A stretch of 64,000 bases of DNA from a virus. Taxonomy: Duplodnaviria > Heunggongvirae > Uroviricota > Caudoviricetes. Below, one piece after another: positions 1-7,870 of the stretch. The notes under the pieces are model-generated. The model saw nothing but the letters and a program-made list of their open reading frames with translations. It had not been told where the DNA came from and did no database searches. The DNA is taken from the IMG/VR virus record IMGVR_UViG_3300028797_000099, positions 64,001 to 128,000 of that record; one strand, given 5' to 3'. The translations under genes were made by a program, and so were the position numbers. Numbering within the stretch: position 1 is the stretch's first letter; the number at the start of each line of letters is the position of its first letter.

Positions 1-852
1 TGCAACGAAGGACATATCTTCCGAACCAGAACCATCAAGACGCTTGGAGAGGCCAGCACTTGCGTTACGGGCCGTCTTCTTCGTCTGGGAATACTTTTCG
101 AGGAACATGCTTTCCTTCAACATGAACTCGCCACGGATTGAACCAGTGAAGTTCGGAATGCTATGGACAAGACCCTTCCATTTCAAGGCAGACTGCGTGA
201 TGTCCTCACCCTGGAAACCATCGCCACGGGAAATCGCCTGAACTACCTGGCCATCCTGATACATTACTTCACTTCCAGCTCCATCGCACTTGCCGTTCAG
301 CATGAGACGGTGCGTGCTTCCATACTGCGGGAACCATTCCTTCTCAAATTCTTCCATGTTGGCAAACTTCTGCTGAGTGCCAGTTACAAGGTAATGCGGG
401 TACTTCTTTCGCCCCGTATCGTCCGAGGCAGCCAAACCGCCCGCAGCCAACGGGTTCTTCGGGTTGATTTGGCGGAGTTCGAGAACAAGGGCGTCGTAAA
501 TTTCGTCGGACGCTTTTTCACGGCCATTGTAGTATTCCTTAGCGATGTAATCGATTACTTCACTCAGCAAGGCTTCACGGTCAAGCGCCTTGCCCTTCTT
601 CGAGTTCGCCGTGACCGCAATATCCGATGCGGCACTGACAGACATTTTAAGCTCGTCGGCAAACACCTCTGGGCGAAGACCCGCACCTCGCAGGAGTACG
701 GAATACTTGTAGTAGACATCGTCCTCATCGTTTCCGTATTTTGCGAAATCGGATTCGGCAAGGATGTTCATAACGACCATATCAATAGCCGTCTGCAAGC
801 CACCAGTAGGCAGCTTAGGGGCAAGATGTTCAATAAATTCAATGTTCTGCAT
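1..852 (-). CDS. ligA: NAD-dependent DNA ligase, N-terminal part (runs off window start); not in the supplied ORF track
   Basis: Manual translation from ATG 852: domain Ia YY..SDEIYDAL, adenylation motif GKCDG, SRGDGFQGEDIT, RGE, RNASAG; about 95-aa N-terminal extension. Confidence 0.88.
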   Translation of the reverse strand, partial: MQNIEFIEHLAPKLPTGGLQTAIDMVVMNILAESDFAKYGNDEDDVYYKYSVLLRGAGLRPEVFADELKMSVSAASDIAVTANSKKGKALDREALLSEVIDYIAKEYYNGREKASDEIYDALVLELRQINPKNPLAAGGLAASDDTGRKKYPHYLVTGTQQKFANMEEFEKEWFPQYGSTHRLMLNGKCDGAGSEVMYQDGQVVQAISRGDGFQGEDITQSALKWKGLVHSIPNFTGSIRGEFMLKESMFLEKYSQTKKTARNASAGLSKRLDGSGSEDMSFVA

Positions 853-856
853 ACTA

Positions 857-1171
857 TTACCTGCATTCTGGGCGACGGACGGTGGACTTGTTCGTCACAG
901 TGACCTTCAACTTAGAGAAATCGCCGTTAAAAAGCAGAGAACCCGGCTTCCAACGGTTCGACAGTTCGGAACCGACCGACTGGCTTTCCCAAAAGCTCTT
1001 TTCAACCGGGATGTTAAACTCGATTGCATTCATGCTGTTCTTGATATGCTCACTGATACTGAGCGTAAATGTCGATTGCTTGACTTTAAGAGTCAAAACG
1101 TAGTGATACGGGTCAGAGCATGCGGCAGAAATGCCAGCAGCAACAAGAATACCTAAGATGATTTTCTTCAT
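857..1171 (-). CDS. Putative lipoprotein
   Basis: MKKIILGILVAAGISAAC signal peptide with lipobox-like Cys; SD upstream. Confidence 0.6.
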   Translation of the reverse strand: MKKIILGILVAAGISAACSDPYHYVLTLKVKQSTFTLSISEHIKNSMNAIEFNIPVEKSFWESQSVGSELSNRWKPGSLLFNGDFSKLKVTVTNKSTVRRPECR

Positions 1172-1194
1172 GAAGTTTCCTTTTTATGTTAGAT

Positions 1195-1374
1195 TTACAT
1201 TTCACCAACACCCATGAGGTCAAGCTTATCCCTTGACTGGGTGGTAACTTGCGTCAACGGCACATGATGCGGCTCAAAATGTTCATGAGTCGTCAGATAC
1301 ACTTCGGCATCGGGTTTAACCTCGCCTGTCCACCTGATGTATGTAAGTTTGTTATACAGTTCTTCAAAAGTCAT
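1195..1374 (-). CDS. Small hypothetical protein (59 aa, MTFEELYNKL...)
   Basis: Manual translation; first ORF behind the 1401-1429 promoter. Confidence 0.5.
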   Translation of the reverse strand: MTFEELYNKLTYIRWTGEVKPDAEVYLTTHEHFEPHHVPLTQVTTQSRDKLDLMGVGEM

Positions 1375-1400
1375 TGAATACCCTTTGTATCCTTGACTAA

Positions 1401-1429
1401 AATATAGTAAAATAACTCTCGGCTGTCAA
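1401..1429 (-). promoter_or_regulatory. Sigma70-type promoter for the ligase operon
   Basis: TTGACA-N17-TATATT on minus strand. Confidence 0.7.
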
Positions 1430-1460
1430 CAAAAAAGGCCCTAGATTTCAGTCGGGACAA

Positions 1461-1469
1461 TATAAACTA
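1461..1469 (+). promoter_or_regulatory. Late-type promoter motif TATAAACTA
   Basis: Same motif precedes about 15 genes in the window. Confidence 0.6.
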
Positions 1470-1487
1470 GAGTTATACGTATTAGGA

Positions 1488-3179
1488 ATGAGAATGAACC
1501 CACTTTTTAACCATTACGCTTCCAAGCTAGATTTAACACTTCCGCAATACGAAGCGGTATGTGCATTGGCTAATTCCTTGTTTGAAGATGCGGCATCGAC
1601 AGCAAAGCACAAGACAAAAAGAGCCATACGTAATGCATTGCCCGCATTTAACATTTTTTTCGATGAAATCGCAAAAGACGACGAAAAAAATCCGATATTG
1701 ACTGAAAGAGGCAATACACAGACCGTACTCGAATATCTTGAAAATAATGTGAGGGCTACATTCTTCCACGACGGAACAACAAGTATAAAGTTCGAGCCAG
1801 GCGCCGCTAGAATTGCTTACGGCGAACTTGGCATGCAAGCCCACGAGGATACTAGAAAACTTACTCTCCTTGGAAAGATACTACAAGAAATTTCGATAGC
1901 TCATGAAACCGAATACGACTCAAACCTAAACGGCATGACGTTCAATGAACTTAAAGACCGATTCGGTGCATCAATAAATAAAGCCGACGCCGAAACCGAA
2001 GAAAAGTTAAAAACCAAGACCTACGATAAAAGTGATTACATAATCAAATGGATTCCAGATTTCAGTACAGCACAACAGTATAGTCAATACACTGACTATG
2101 GGCCAAACGAACACTGGTGTTTGACTCATGATAAAAGAATGTGGGACAACTACACAGGCTCGCATAACGAAAACAAAGTATATTTCTGTCATGTTCCTAA
2201 TTTCGAATCCGTTCCGAGAGAAATTGGACCTAATGCGCCGCTTGATGACTATGGACTTAGTTTGGTTTCCGTTATAGTAATGCCAGATAAGCACTTGCGA
2301 GCAGTAACATCTCGTTGGAATCATACTAACGGTGGTTCTGATGGCGTCATGAACAAGGAGCAATTATCCGATTTGCTTGGCGGATACGTATTTAACATTT
2401 GCCCCCCTTACAGCAGAGAAGAAGTCATCAAACGAGGATATATCTACCTGGACGAAGTTCAGCAAATGCTCGATGATGGTATTGACCTGAGTAAATATAT
2501 TGATGGTAAAGGGCGTATTAAGATTAATGACAAAATGAATATTCTGCACGGGCGGAAACTTTTGTCTGACCAATGGTTTGATTGGATAGATGACTTCAGG
2601 AATGGATTCGCCCTTGTTCAATTGAATGAAAAAGAAAACTACATCGACATAGAAGGAAATCTGGTGTCCGACCAATGGTTTGAGGAGGTAGAGGACTTCG
2701 TTAATGGATTCGCTAAGGTTTACTTGAATGGAAAAACGAACTTAATCAACACAGCGGGAAAGCTACTGTCTGACCAATGGTTTGATAGGATAGGTATTAT
2801 CAAAAATGGATTCACCCATGTTAAATTGAATGGAAAATACAACTTCATCGACACAGAAGGAAATCTGGTGTCCGACCAATGGTTTGATGCTGTCTCATTC
2901 GATAATGGATTCGCCCGTGTTCAATTGAATGGAAAATACAACTACATCGGCACAGAAGGAAATCTACTCTCTGGCCAATGGTTTGATGTGGTAGGGTGGT
3001 TCAGTGGTGGATTCGCCCGTGTTAAATTGAATGGAAAATACAACTTCATCGACACGAAAGGAAATCTTCTATCTGACCAATGGTTTGATGAGGTAGGTAG
3101 GTTCGATAATGGAGTCGCTGTTGTTCGATTGAATGAAAAATACGCCAACATCGATACAGAAGGAAATATAAGGCGGTAG
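1488..3179 (+). CDS. WG (KWG Leptospira-type) repeat protein with shared N-terminal leader
   Basis: C-terminal tandem repeats LSDQWFD..FxNGFAxVxLNGKYNxIDTEGN; N-terminus LFNHYASKLDLTLPQYEAV..LFE. Confidence 0.8.
   Translation: MRMNPLFNHYASKLDLTLPQYEAVCALANSLFEDAASTAKHKTKRAIRNALPAFNIFFDEIAKDDEKNPILTERGNTQTVLEYLENNVRATFFHDGTTSIKFEPGAARIAYGELGMQAHEDTRKLTLLGKILQEISIAHETEYDSNLNGMTFNELKDRFGASINKADAETEEKLKTKTYDKSDYIIKWIPDFSTAQQYSQYTDYGPNEHWCLTHDKRMWDNYTGSHNENKVYFCHVPNFESVPREIGPNAPLDDYGLSLVSVIVMPDKHLRAVTSRWNHTNGGSDGVMNKEQLSDLLGGYVFNICPPYSREEVIKRGYIYLDEVQQMLDDGIDLSKYIDGKGRIKINDKMNILHGRKLLSDQWFDWIDDFRNGFALVQLNEKENYIDIEGNLVSDQWFEEVEDFVNGFAKVYLNGKTNLINTAGKLLSDQWFDRIGIIKNGFTHVKLNGKYNFIDTEGNLVSDQWFDAVSFDNGFARVQLNGKYNYIGTEGNLLSGQWFDVVGWFSGGFARVKLNGKYNFIDTKGNLLSDQWFDEVGRFDNGVAVVRLNEKYANIDTEGNIRR
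2560..3175 (+). repeat. About six tandem ~100-bp coding repeats (WG repeats)
   Basis: Recurrent gaccaatggtttga and ggattcgc...aattgaatggaaaatacaac. Confidence 0.85.
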
Positions 3180-3224
3180 GGAAATACTCGACCCATCATC
3201 CTTTCTGAACGCTTTATAGCAAAC

Positions 3225-3265
3225 AAAAAAGGCCCGACTATTAAAGTCGGGCCCATATGTTTTAT
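3225..3265. terminator. Intrinsic terminator between convergent units
   Basis: aaaaaa-ggcccgac-tattaaa-gtcgggcc. Confidence 0.7.
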
Positions 3266-3284
3266 CTTTCGGCTTTGCAATTAG

Positions 3285-3358
3285 TACCCGAGACAGGGGT
3301 CGAACCTGTCACCAACGGTTTAGAAGACCGTCGCTCTAGTCCACTGAGCTACTCGGGC
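3285..3358 (-). tRNA. tRNA-Arg(TCT)
   Basis: Cloverleaf; ACGGT-CTTCTAA-ACCGT. Confidence 0.9.
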
Positions 3359-3369
3359 AAGTTCATTAG

Positions 3370-3443
3370 TCGGCAGAGTGGGACTCGAACCCACAAAATC
3401 TTGGGTTTGAACCAAGCACGTATACCAGTTCCATCACCTGCCG
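3370..3443 (-). tRNA. tRNA-Leu(CAA), short variable loop
   Basis: CTTGG-TTCAAAC-CCAAG; Leu-type D loop, 5-nt variable region. Confidence 0.8.
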
Positions 3444-3450
3444 AATTTAG

Positions 3451-3534
3451 TCGGTAAGGGGGGACTCGAACCCCCACGTCCTTACGGACACCAGCCCCTC
3501 AAGCTGATGCGCCTACCAGTTCCGCCACCTACCG
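3451..3534 (-). tRNA. tRNA-Leu(GAG)
   Basis: TCAGC-TTGAGGG-GCTGG; long variable arm. Confidence 0.9.
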
Positions 3535-3552
3535 AGATGGAAATAAAAGTAA

Positions 3553-3634
3553 TCGGAAAGGTGGGACTCGAACCCACACACCTTTCAGCACAAGAGCCTA
3601 AATCTTGCGTGTCTACCAGTTCCACCACAATCCG
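3553..3634 (-). tRNA. tRNA-Leu(TAG)
   Basis: CAAGA-TTTAGGC-TCTTG; long arm; two U-U mismatches in acceptor stem. Confidence 0.85.
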
Positions 3635-3648
3635 AAAAAAAGTTATAG

Positions 3649-3721
3649 CAGGACGTGATGGACTCGAACCACCGACTAACAGTTTTGGAGACTGCAGACC
3701 TACCAACTGGTCGAACGCCCT
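3649..3721 (-). tRNA. tRNA-Trp(CCA)
   Basis: GCAGT-CTCCAAA-ACTGT. Confidence 0.9.
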
Positions 3722-3754
3722 GTAATGGATGGCCTTTCGGCCACCCGAATGAAA

Positions 3755-5098
3755 CTACTCTTCGGTGTTTCCATTCATCTTTTCGTACTCAGCAATGTAC
3801 TTGAAGATACCGTCGCTGAATCCGTTGATGTGAATGAACTTACCGTATTCAATTCCGTTCTGGTACGTTGCTACGTTCACAATGTACTTGTGCGGAATTC
3901 TGAGTACTTCCTTGCTGAAGTAGCTACCAGAAGACTGTTCGTCCGTAATGATAATCAATCGGTCGAACGGTCTGTTGTTAGCCTTGACAGCATCGTTCGT
4001 GCTTCTCTGGATGTCAGTACCACCCATAGAACGAGCACAACGGTCAGCAAGAGAGAAACCCTTCTCCGTGCAAAGATGTGCAGTATTGTCAAAGGTGTAG
4101 ACCTTCGTGAACTCGCACACTTCGTTCATGATAGCAGCGATGGAAGCTGCTGCCTGAGCACGGGTGACTTCGCCCTTGCCGGACAACTGACAACTCATGG
4201 AACCCGACGTGTCAACCATGAAGAGAGTGTTCCCTTCAAGCTTGTCGAACGTTTCCCTGGCGGATTGAAGCATTGCTGCTTCAAGCTGCTTGGAGTATGT
4301 TCCAGCGCTGTACTTGTTGGCCGTATAGAAGTTGTACGGCATGACACCACGAACATTCATCTTCTCGATGCCATCCACGATTGCTCGTTGTGACACCTTT
4401 GCCTGCTCCATGTTGCGGAGGTTCCTCAACAGGGCAAGCGCACCGAGCCTGTTCTGGGAAAGAAGGTTCTCGAAGACTTCCTTCTTATCCTTGCCTGCGC
4501 TCAACTCAGTTTCCCAGGTAAGCGGTGTTGCAAGGCTGTCGTCCACAATCTTCTTGTAGAGAGCGTTCGTTTCGTCGTTCGGGGCCTTCGGGTGGCAAAG
4601 CATGACCGCATCCTTCAAGGAAACCGTCTTCTTCGTGCCCTTGTACTTACCGAACTGGTACTCGTCGAACTTGGCGAATGCCAATGCGAGACCCTTCTGC
4701 AACTGCTTCGGCAACGTCTTCTTGCCTTCCGCAAGGAACATTGCAAGCAACTCGGTGATGTCATCAACACGGGTTACGGTCGAATTGACAAGTTCCTTGG
4801 TAAGCTTGCCTTGCTGTGCAAGAACAGTCAGCATGAACAACGGGGTATGACGAAGGTGATATTCGTGTTTTACCTTGTTCAATGTTGCAATGGCGAACTC
4901 GGTGCTGACCTTGCCCATGTACTCCTTGATGCGGTCCTTGACCGACTGACCGTCCTCATAGAACGTATCCTCGTTCAAAAGACAGCTGAGCACGGTACGC
5001 TGCAGCTTCTCCTCGTAGCCAATGTGTGATGCCTTTCCACCCTCGTAAGTAGACACCGGGGTAGATACCTTTCTCTTGTTAATCGACGCCATAATCAT
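3755..5098 (-). CDS. rsr: TROVE-domain Ro60-like RNA-binding protein with C-terminal vWA domain
   Basis: TYEGG, L.RTVLSCLL.ED.FYE, LRHTPL, KFDEYQFGKY, TWETELS, ALLRNLRN; vWA DTSGSM, GGTD, IITDEQ. Confidence 0.92.
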   Translation of the reverse strand: MIMASINKRKVSTPVSTYEGGKASHIGYEEKLQRTVLSCLLNEDTFYEDGQSVKDRIKEYMGKVSTEFAIATLNKVKHEYHLRHTPLFMLTVLAQQGKLTKELVNSTVTRVDDITELLAMFLAEGKKTLPKQLQKGLALAFAKFDEYQFGKYKGTKKTVSLKDAVMLCHPKAPNDETNALYKKIVDDSLATPLTWETELSAGKDKKEVFENLLSQNRLGALALLRNLRNMEQAKVSQRAIVDGIEKMNVRGVMPYNFYTANKYSAGTYSKQLEAAMLQSARETFDKLEGNTLFMVDTSGSMSCQLSGKGEVTRAQAAASIAAIMNEVCEFTKVYTFDNTAHLCTEKGFSLADRCARSMGGTDIQRSTNDAVKANNRPFDRLIIITDEQSSGSYFSKEVLRIPHKYIVNVATYQNGIEYGKFIHINGFSDGIFKYIAEYEKMNGNTEE

Positions 5099-5138
5099 CT
5101 CCTTTGTTGATTAGGAATTGTTGATGTTGAAAAAATAT

Positions 5139-5277
5139 TGCCAGATGCCGGACTCGAACCGACAACTTCCTGCTTGGATTATCTAAGTAGCACATCCAAC
5201 GCCACAGACCATATGGACTGGGAAAAAGCGAACGTGAACATTGAGGGCTGGCGCTCTACCTATTGAGCTAATCTGAC
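5139..5277 (-). ncRNA. tRNA-shaped Y-like RNA A (tRNA-Gly-like body, ~65-nt insert in anticodon loop)
   Basis: Acceptor GTCAGAT/ATCTGGC, D arm, T arm TTCGAGT; insert CGCTTTTTCCC...GTGGCGTTGGA..TACTTAG. Confidence 0.75.
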
Positions 5278-5287
5278 ATAAATGTAG

Positions 5288-5432
5288 TGCCGATGGAAAG
5301 ATTCGAACTTTCAATAGTTTTTAGCTAAGTAACTCTCACTATCGCAGCGGTTTCCCGAGAAAAGCGCAAGAGGAACATTTCCCCTGCCAGTTATCAACCT
5401 GTGACACAGATTGACGGGGAAATAACATCGGC
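5288..5432 (-). ncRNA. tRNA-shaped Y-like RNA B (D arm replaced by long hairpin)
   Basis: Acceptor GCCGATG/CATCGGC, T arm GAAAG-TTCGAAT-CTTTC, module GCTTTTCTC...TGCGATAG..TTACTTAG. Confidence 0.65.
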
Positions 5433-5445
5433 ATAAAAATTGTAG

Positions 5446-5579
5446 TACCATAGGCTGGATTTGAACCAACGACCACAAGTTCCTCATCGAAGTAAGCCAT
5501 TCAAACGTCACCTTTTCAGGGAAAAAAGACGAAAGGCGATTTCATATACTCGTGCTCTACCAGACTGAGCTACTATGGT
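5446..5579 (-). ncRNA. tRNA-shaped Y-like RNA C
   Basis: Acceptor ACCATAG/CTATGGT, D and T arms; insert CTTTCGTCTTTTTTCCC-TGAAAA-GGTGACGTTTGAATGGCTTACTT. Confidence 0.75.
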
Positions 5580-5586
5580 ATTTTAG

Positions 5587-5670
5587 AGGAGAGAACAGGG
5601 TTCGAACCTGCGTGTCGTTTCCGACAAAGCTTTAGCAAAGCTCCGCTTTTACCAATTCAGCCATCTCTCC
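5587..5670 (-). tRNA. tRNA-Ser(GCT)
   Basis: GAGCT-TTGCTAA-AGCTT; long arm. Confidence 0.9.
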
Positions 5671-5674
5671 ATAA

Positions 5675-5748
5675 TGTGCTTGGCCAGAGTCGAACTGGCG
5701 ACCTACAGTTTAGGAAACTGTTGCTCTATCCAGCTGAGCTACAAGCAC
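5675..5748 (-). tRNA. tRNA-Arg(CCT)
   Basis: ACAGT-TTCCTAA-ACTGT. Confidence 0.9.
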
Positions 5749-5755
5749 AAGCGGA

Positions 5756-6037
5756 TTACTTCAATGTATCATCAGTGTATTCCAACGATACCTTGTCATT
5801 GCCGAAAAAGATTTCGACAGTAACAGTGTAAACCTTTTCAGTGTTGTACCTGTCCCAAACTCGCCACAACTTGGCACCAACGGAAGCTGCGGCACCCTGG
5901 AAGATGTCGCATACGCTATTAAGGACATCCTTCTTAGGCAAGGTCGTATCTTTGCTATCGACCGTTTTAAGCAACTTCGCCATCTTGTCAGCAACGGCTG
6001 CCTTTACAGCATTAACATCATTCAATGATGCACTCAT
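5756..6037 (-). CDS. Hypothetical protein inside tRNA array
   Basis: AAAGGAG SD before ATG 6037 (MSASLNDV...). Confidence 0.65.
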   Translation of the reverse strand: MSASLNDVNAVKAAVADKMAKLLKTVDSKDTTLPKKDVLNSVCDIFQGAAASVGAKLWRVWDRYNTEKVYTVTVEIFFGNDKVSLEYTDDTLK

Positions 6038-6065
6038 ATCATCTCCTTTACTGTTTAACATTTCG

Positions 6066-6150
6066 AGCGCACGGTAAGAGTCGAACTTACGTGGGCGTTC
6101 AGCCTAGAGGTGTTGCAGACCTCCCCCTTCGACCGCTTGGGTACGTGAGC
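6066..6150 (-). tRNA. tRNA-Cys(GCA) with long variable arm
   Basis: GAGGT-CTGCAAC-ACCTC; U73; Tyr-like D loop and long arm. Confidence 0.75.
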
Positions 6151-6154
6151 AAAA

Positions 6155-6755
6155 ATCGCCATTCTCTTTATAACAAACCGAATGGCGAAGGCCGTGTATC
6201 CTTATATAGACACAATCATCCACGCTTATGTACACTAACATGGCCAGTTTTTCGGATTCACCGCAGGGAACAGTACCTGATTGTAACAACGAAGACGTCT
6301 GTTATCTTGACTTAATGCACCTCTTGCAACAACATTGCTGTACCCGCCCTCATTAAGGACCTGCCTCTATTCGGAACGGCAGCTGCAATTCTTTGTCGGT
6401 ACACATGGGCTTTAATACCCACATTCCTTCGTGCAATATATCCTGTTAGAAAGAACAGGAACTTGTGCATCATCTTCTTCCCTTGGCTTCCACACCTTGA
6501 ATGAGAGCAGTCTGCCCTCACCGATTTGGGTTTAACTAATCGGGATGATGCATCGGGAATCACACGGATAGTAGCATGCCAGTCACGGTGAACTATCTGC
6601 GTCCTATCCATAACTACCGCCAACTGCATTGTGGCGAAGACGGCAGTCATTTTTTAGTGATTGTGGAAAATCTTGTCGGCACCCGTTATGTGGCTTTCGC
6701 CGCAACCTTTGGCTTTTATAACGTGTCTTGCAACACATGACCATCTTTCAGTGCC
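6155..6755 (-). ncRNA. Candidate ~600-nt structured RNA
   Basis: No convincing ORF; multiple perfect inverted repeats; sits between tRNAs. Confidence 0.35.
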
Positions 6756-6762
6756 TATTTAG

Positions 6763-6835
6763 TTGGGGTAGCTGGACTCGAACCAACGAATATGGGAATC
6801 AAAATCCCATGTCTTACCAACTTGACGATACCCCA
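6763..6835 (-). tRNA. tRNA-Gln(TTG)
   Basis: TGGGA-TTTTGAT-TCCCA. Confidence 0.9.
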
Positions 6836-6842
6836 GTAATAG

Positions 6843-6915
6843 TACCCCATCAAGGGTTCGAACCTTGGACCCGCTGATTAAGAGTCAGCTGCTCTTCCAA
6901 CTGAGCTAATGAGGC
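6843..6915 (-). tRNA. tRNA-Lys(CTT)
   Basis: GCTGA-CTCTTAA-TCAGC. Confidence 0.9.
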
Positions 6916-6924
6916 GAAACTTCG

Positions 6925-6997
<73 letters not shown>

Positions 6998-7001
6998 ATA
7001 G

Positions 7002-7074
7002 AGCGGATAATGGGGTTCGAACCCACAACAACCTGCTTGGAGGGCAGGAACTCTACCAGTTGAGCTACATCCGC
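7002..7074 (-). tRNA. tRNA-Gly(TCC), C at position 33
   Basis: CCTGC-CCTCCAA-GCAGG; U73. Confidence 0.85.
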
Positions 7075-7082
7075 AAAATTAG

Positions 7083-7152
7083 TTAACCTTCGTGAATTCG
7101 AACCACGACACAGAACGAACCGAAGCCCGTTGTGCGCCAAACCTGGAGGCTA
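7083..7152 (-). ncRNA. tRNA-like RNA with UUCG tetraloop in place of anticodon loop
   Basis: Acceptor TAGCCTC/AAGGTTA, T arm CGTGG-TTCGAAT-TCACG, AACGGGC-TTCG-GTTCGTT. Confidence 0.55.
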
Positions 7153-7404
7153 AGATTTGTGCACCAATCTATTGCACCATCAGCTCTTTGGGACGCTGAC
7201 ACCCCACCTTCATCTCGGGACGGTGCGAAACGCTATCTATTTGACACTCGCCAAGGCATAGAATTATCCTTATGTGAAGTTCACCCGCATTACCAGATAC
7301 GGTTTTCGACGCCATATCCTTCCTGCCCTTTTTACTTCCAACTTTAGAGGCCGTTTGATTTGCAATGTCATCACAGTAAATAAACGGTAAGAAAGCAAGA
7401 TTCG

Positions 7405-7480
7405 TGGGCCCCCCGAGACTTGAACTCGGAAAACCTTCGGGTTATGAGTCCGCTGCTCTGACCTATTGAGCTAGAGGCCC
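7405..7480 (-). tRNA. tRNA(CAT), probably Ile2 (lysidine type)
   Basis: GGGCCTC acceptor, CTCATAA loop; resembles bacterial Ile2; weak anticodon stem. Confidence 0.7.
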
Positions 7481-7491
7481 AGAAACAATTT

Positions 7492-7623
7492 GATTAGGAT
7501 AGCACCAATGAGCAGCACGTTGTATTACTACAACTCGGTCTCACAGCTACCATTTCCCTCCCTTGGAGGAGAGCGTATTAAGCACTCAGCATTACTACAT
7601 TGAGTTCATTTATACGACTAATC
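7492..7623 (-). ncRNA. Structured RNA H, closed by GATTAG/CTAATC, with anticodon-like hairpin (TAA)
   Basis: GAGTG-CTTAATA-CGCTC followed by TCCTCC-AAG-GGAGGG and GTTGTA-GTAA-TACAAC hairpins. Confidence 0.4.
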
Positions 7624-7627
7624 TTAG

Positions 7628-7758
7628 CGCCAGCGGCAGGACTCGAACCTACGACCCCGAGCTTCCTAATGCTAAGTAACCCATTCCAAAACGCCACCCT
7701 TGCGGGAGAAAATGCGGACAGGTGTTGTACGTGCTCTAACCAACTGAGCTACGCTGGC
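7628..7758 (-). ncRNA. tRNA-shaped Y-like RNA D (56-nt insert, 8-nt anticodon-position loop)
   Basis: GCCAGCG/CGCTGGC acceptor; CG[insert]AGC-ATTAGGAA-GCTCG; T arm. Confidence 0.78.
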
Positions 7759-7766
7759 AAAAAAAA

Positions 7767-7859
7767 TCCAGGTAAATGCAGAAACCGATGTGCCCATCGC
7801 AAGGCACTATACATTAAGAGTGTACAAGGTCTATGTATCGGTTATCTATCGACACTGGA
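7767..7859 (-). ncRNA. Permuted Y-like RNA G displaying a Lys(CTT) anticodon stem-loop
   Basis: TCCAG-TGTCGAT...TTTAC-CTGGA closing stem; GTACA-CTCTTAA-TGTAT. Confidence 0.62.
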
Positions 7860-7870
7860 TGAATTTCTAG

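Noticed and set aside
750-852. Ligase N-terminal extension (EFIEHL...NILAES) as another copy of the shared leader
   Set aside because: Only loose similarity, and the gene is under a sigma70-type promoter; needs an HMM test.
44-903. Plus-strand ORFs 44-241 and 163-903
   Set aside because: Antisense shadows of the minus-strand ligA frame, which has clear catalytic motifs.
2560-3175. Regular ~100-bp repeats as a CRISPR array or DGR template
   Set aside because: In-frame coding repeats with codon-level divergence and no unique spacers; no cas or reverse transcriptase gene in the window.
3553-3634. Possible amber suppressor or stop-codon recoding
   Set aside because: Anticodon TAG reads CUA (Leu). 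No CTA/TTA/TCA anticodon tRNA was found, and ORFs over 1200 aa are intact under the standard code, with TAG used as a stop.
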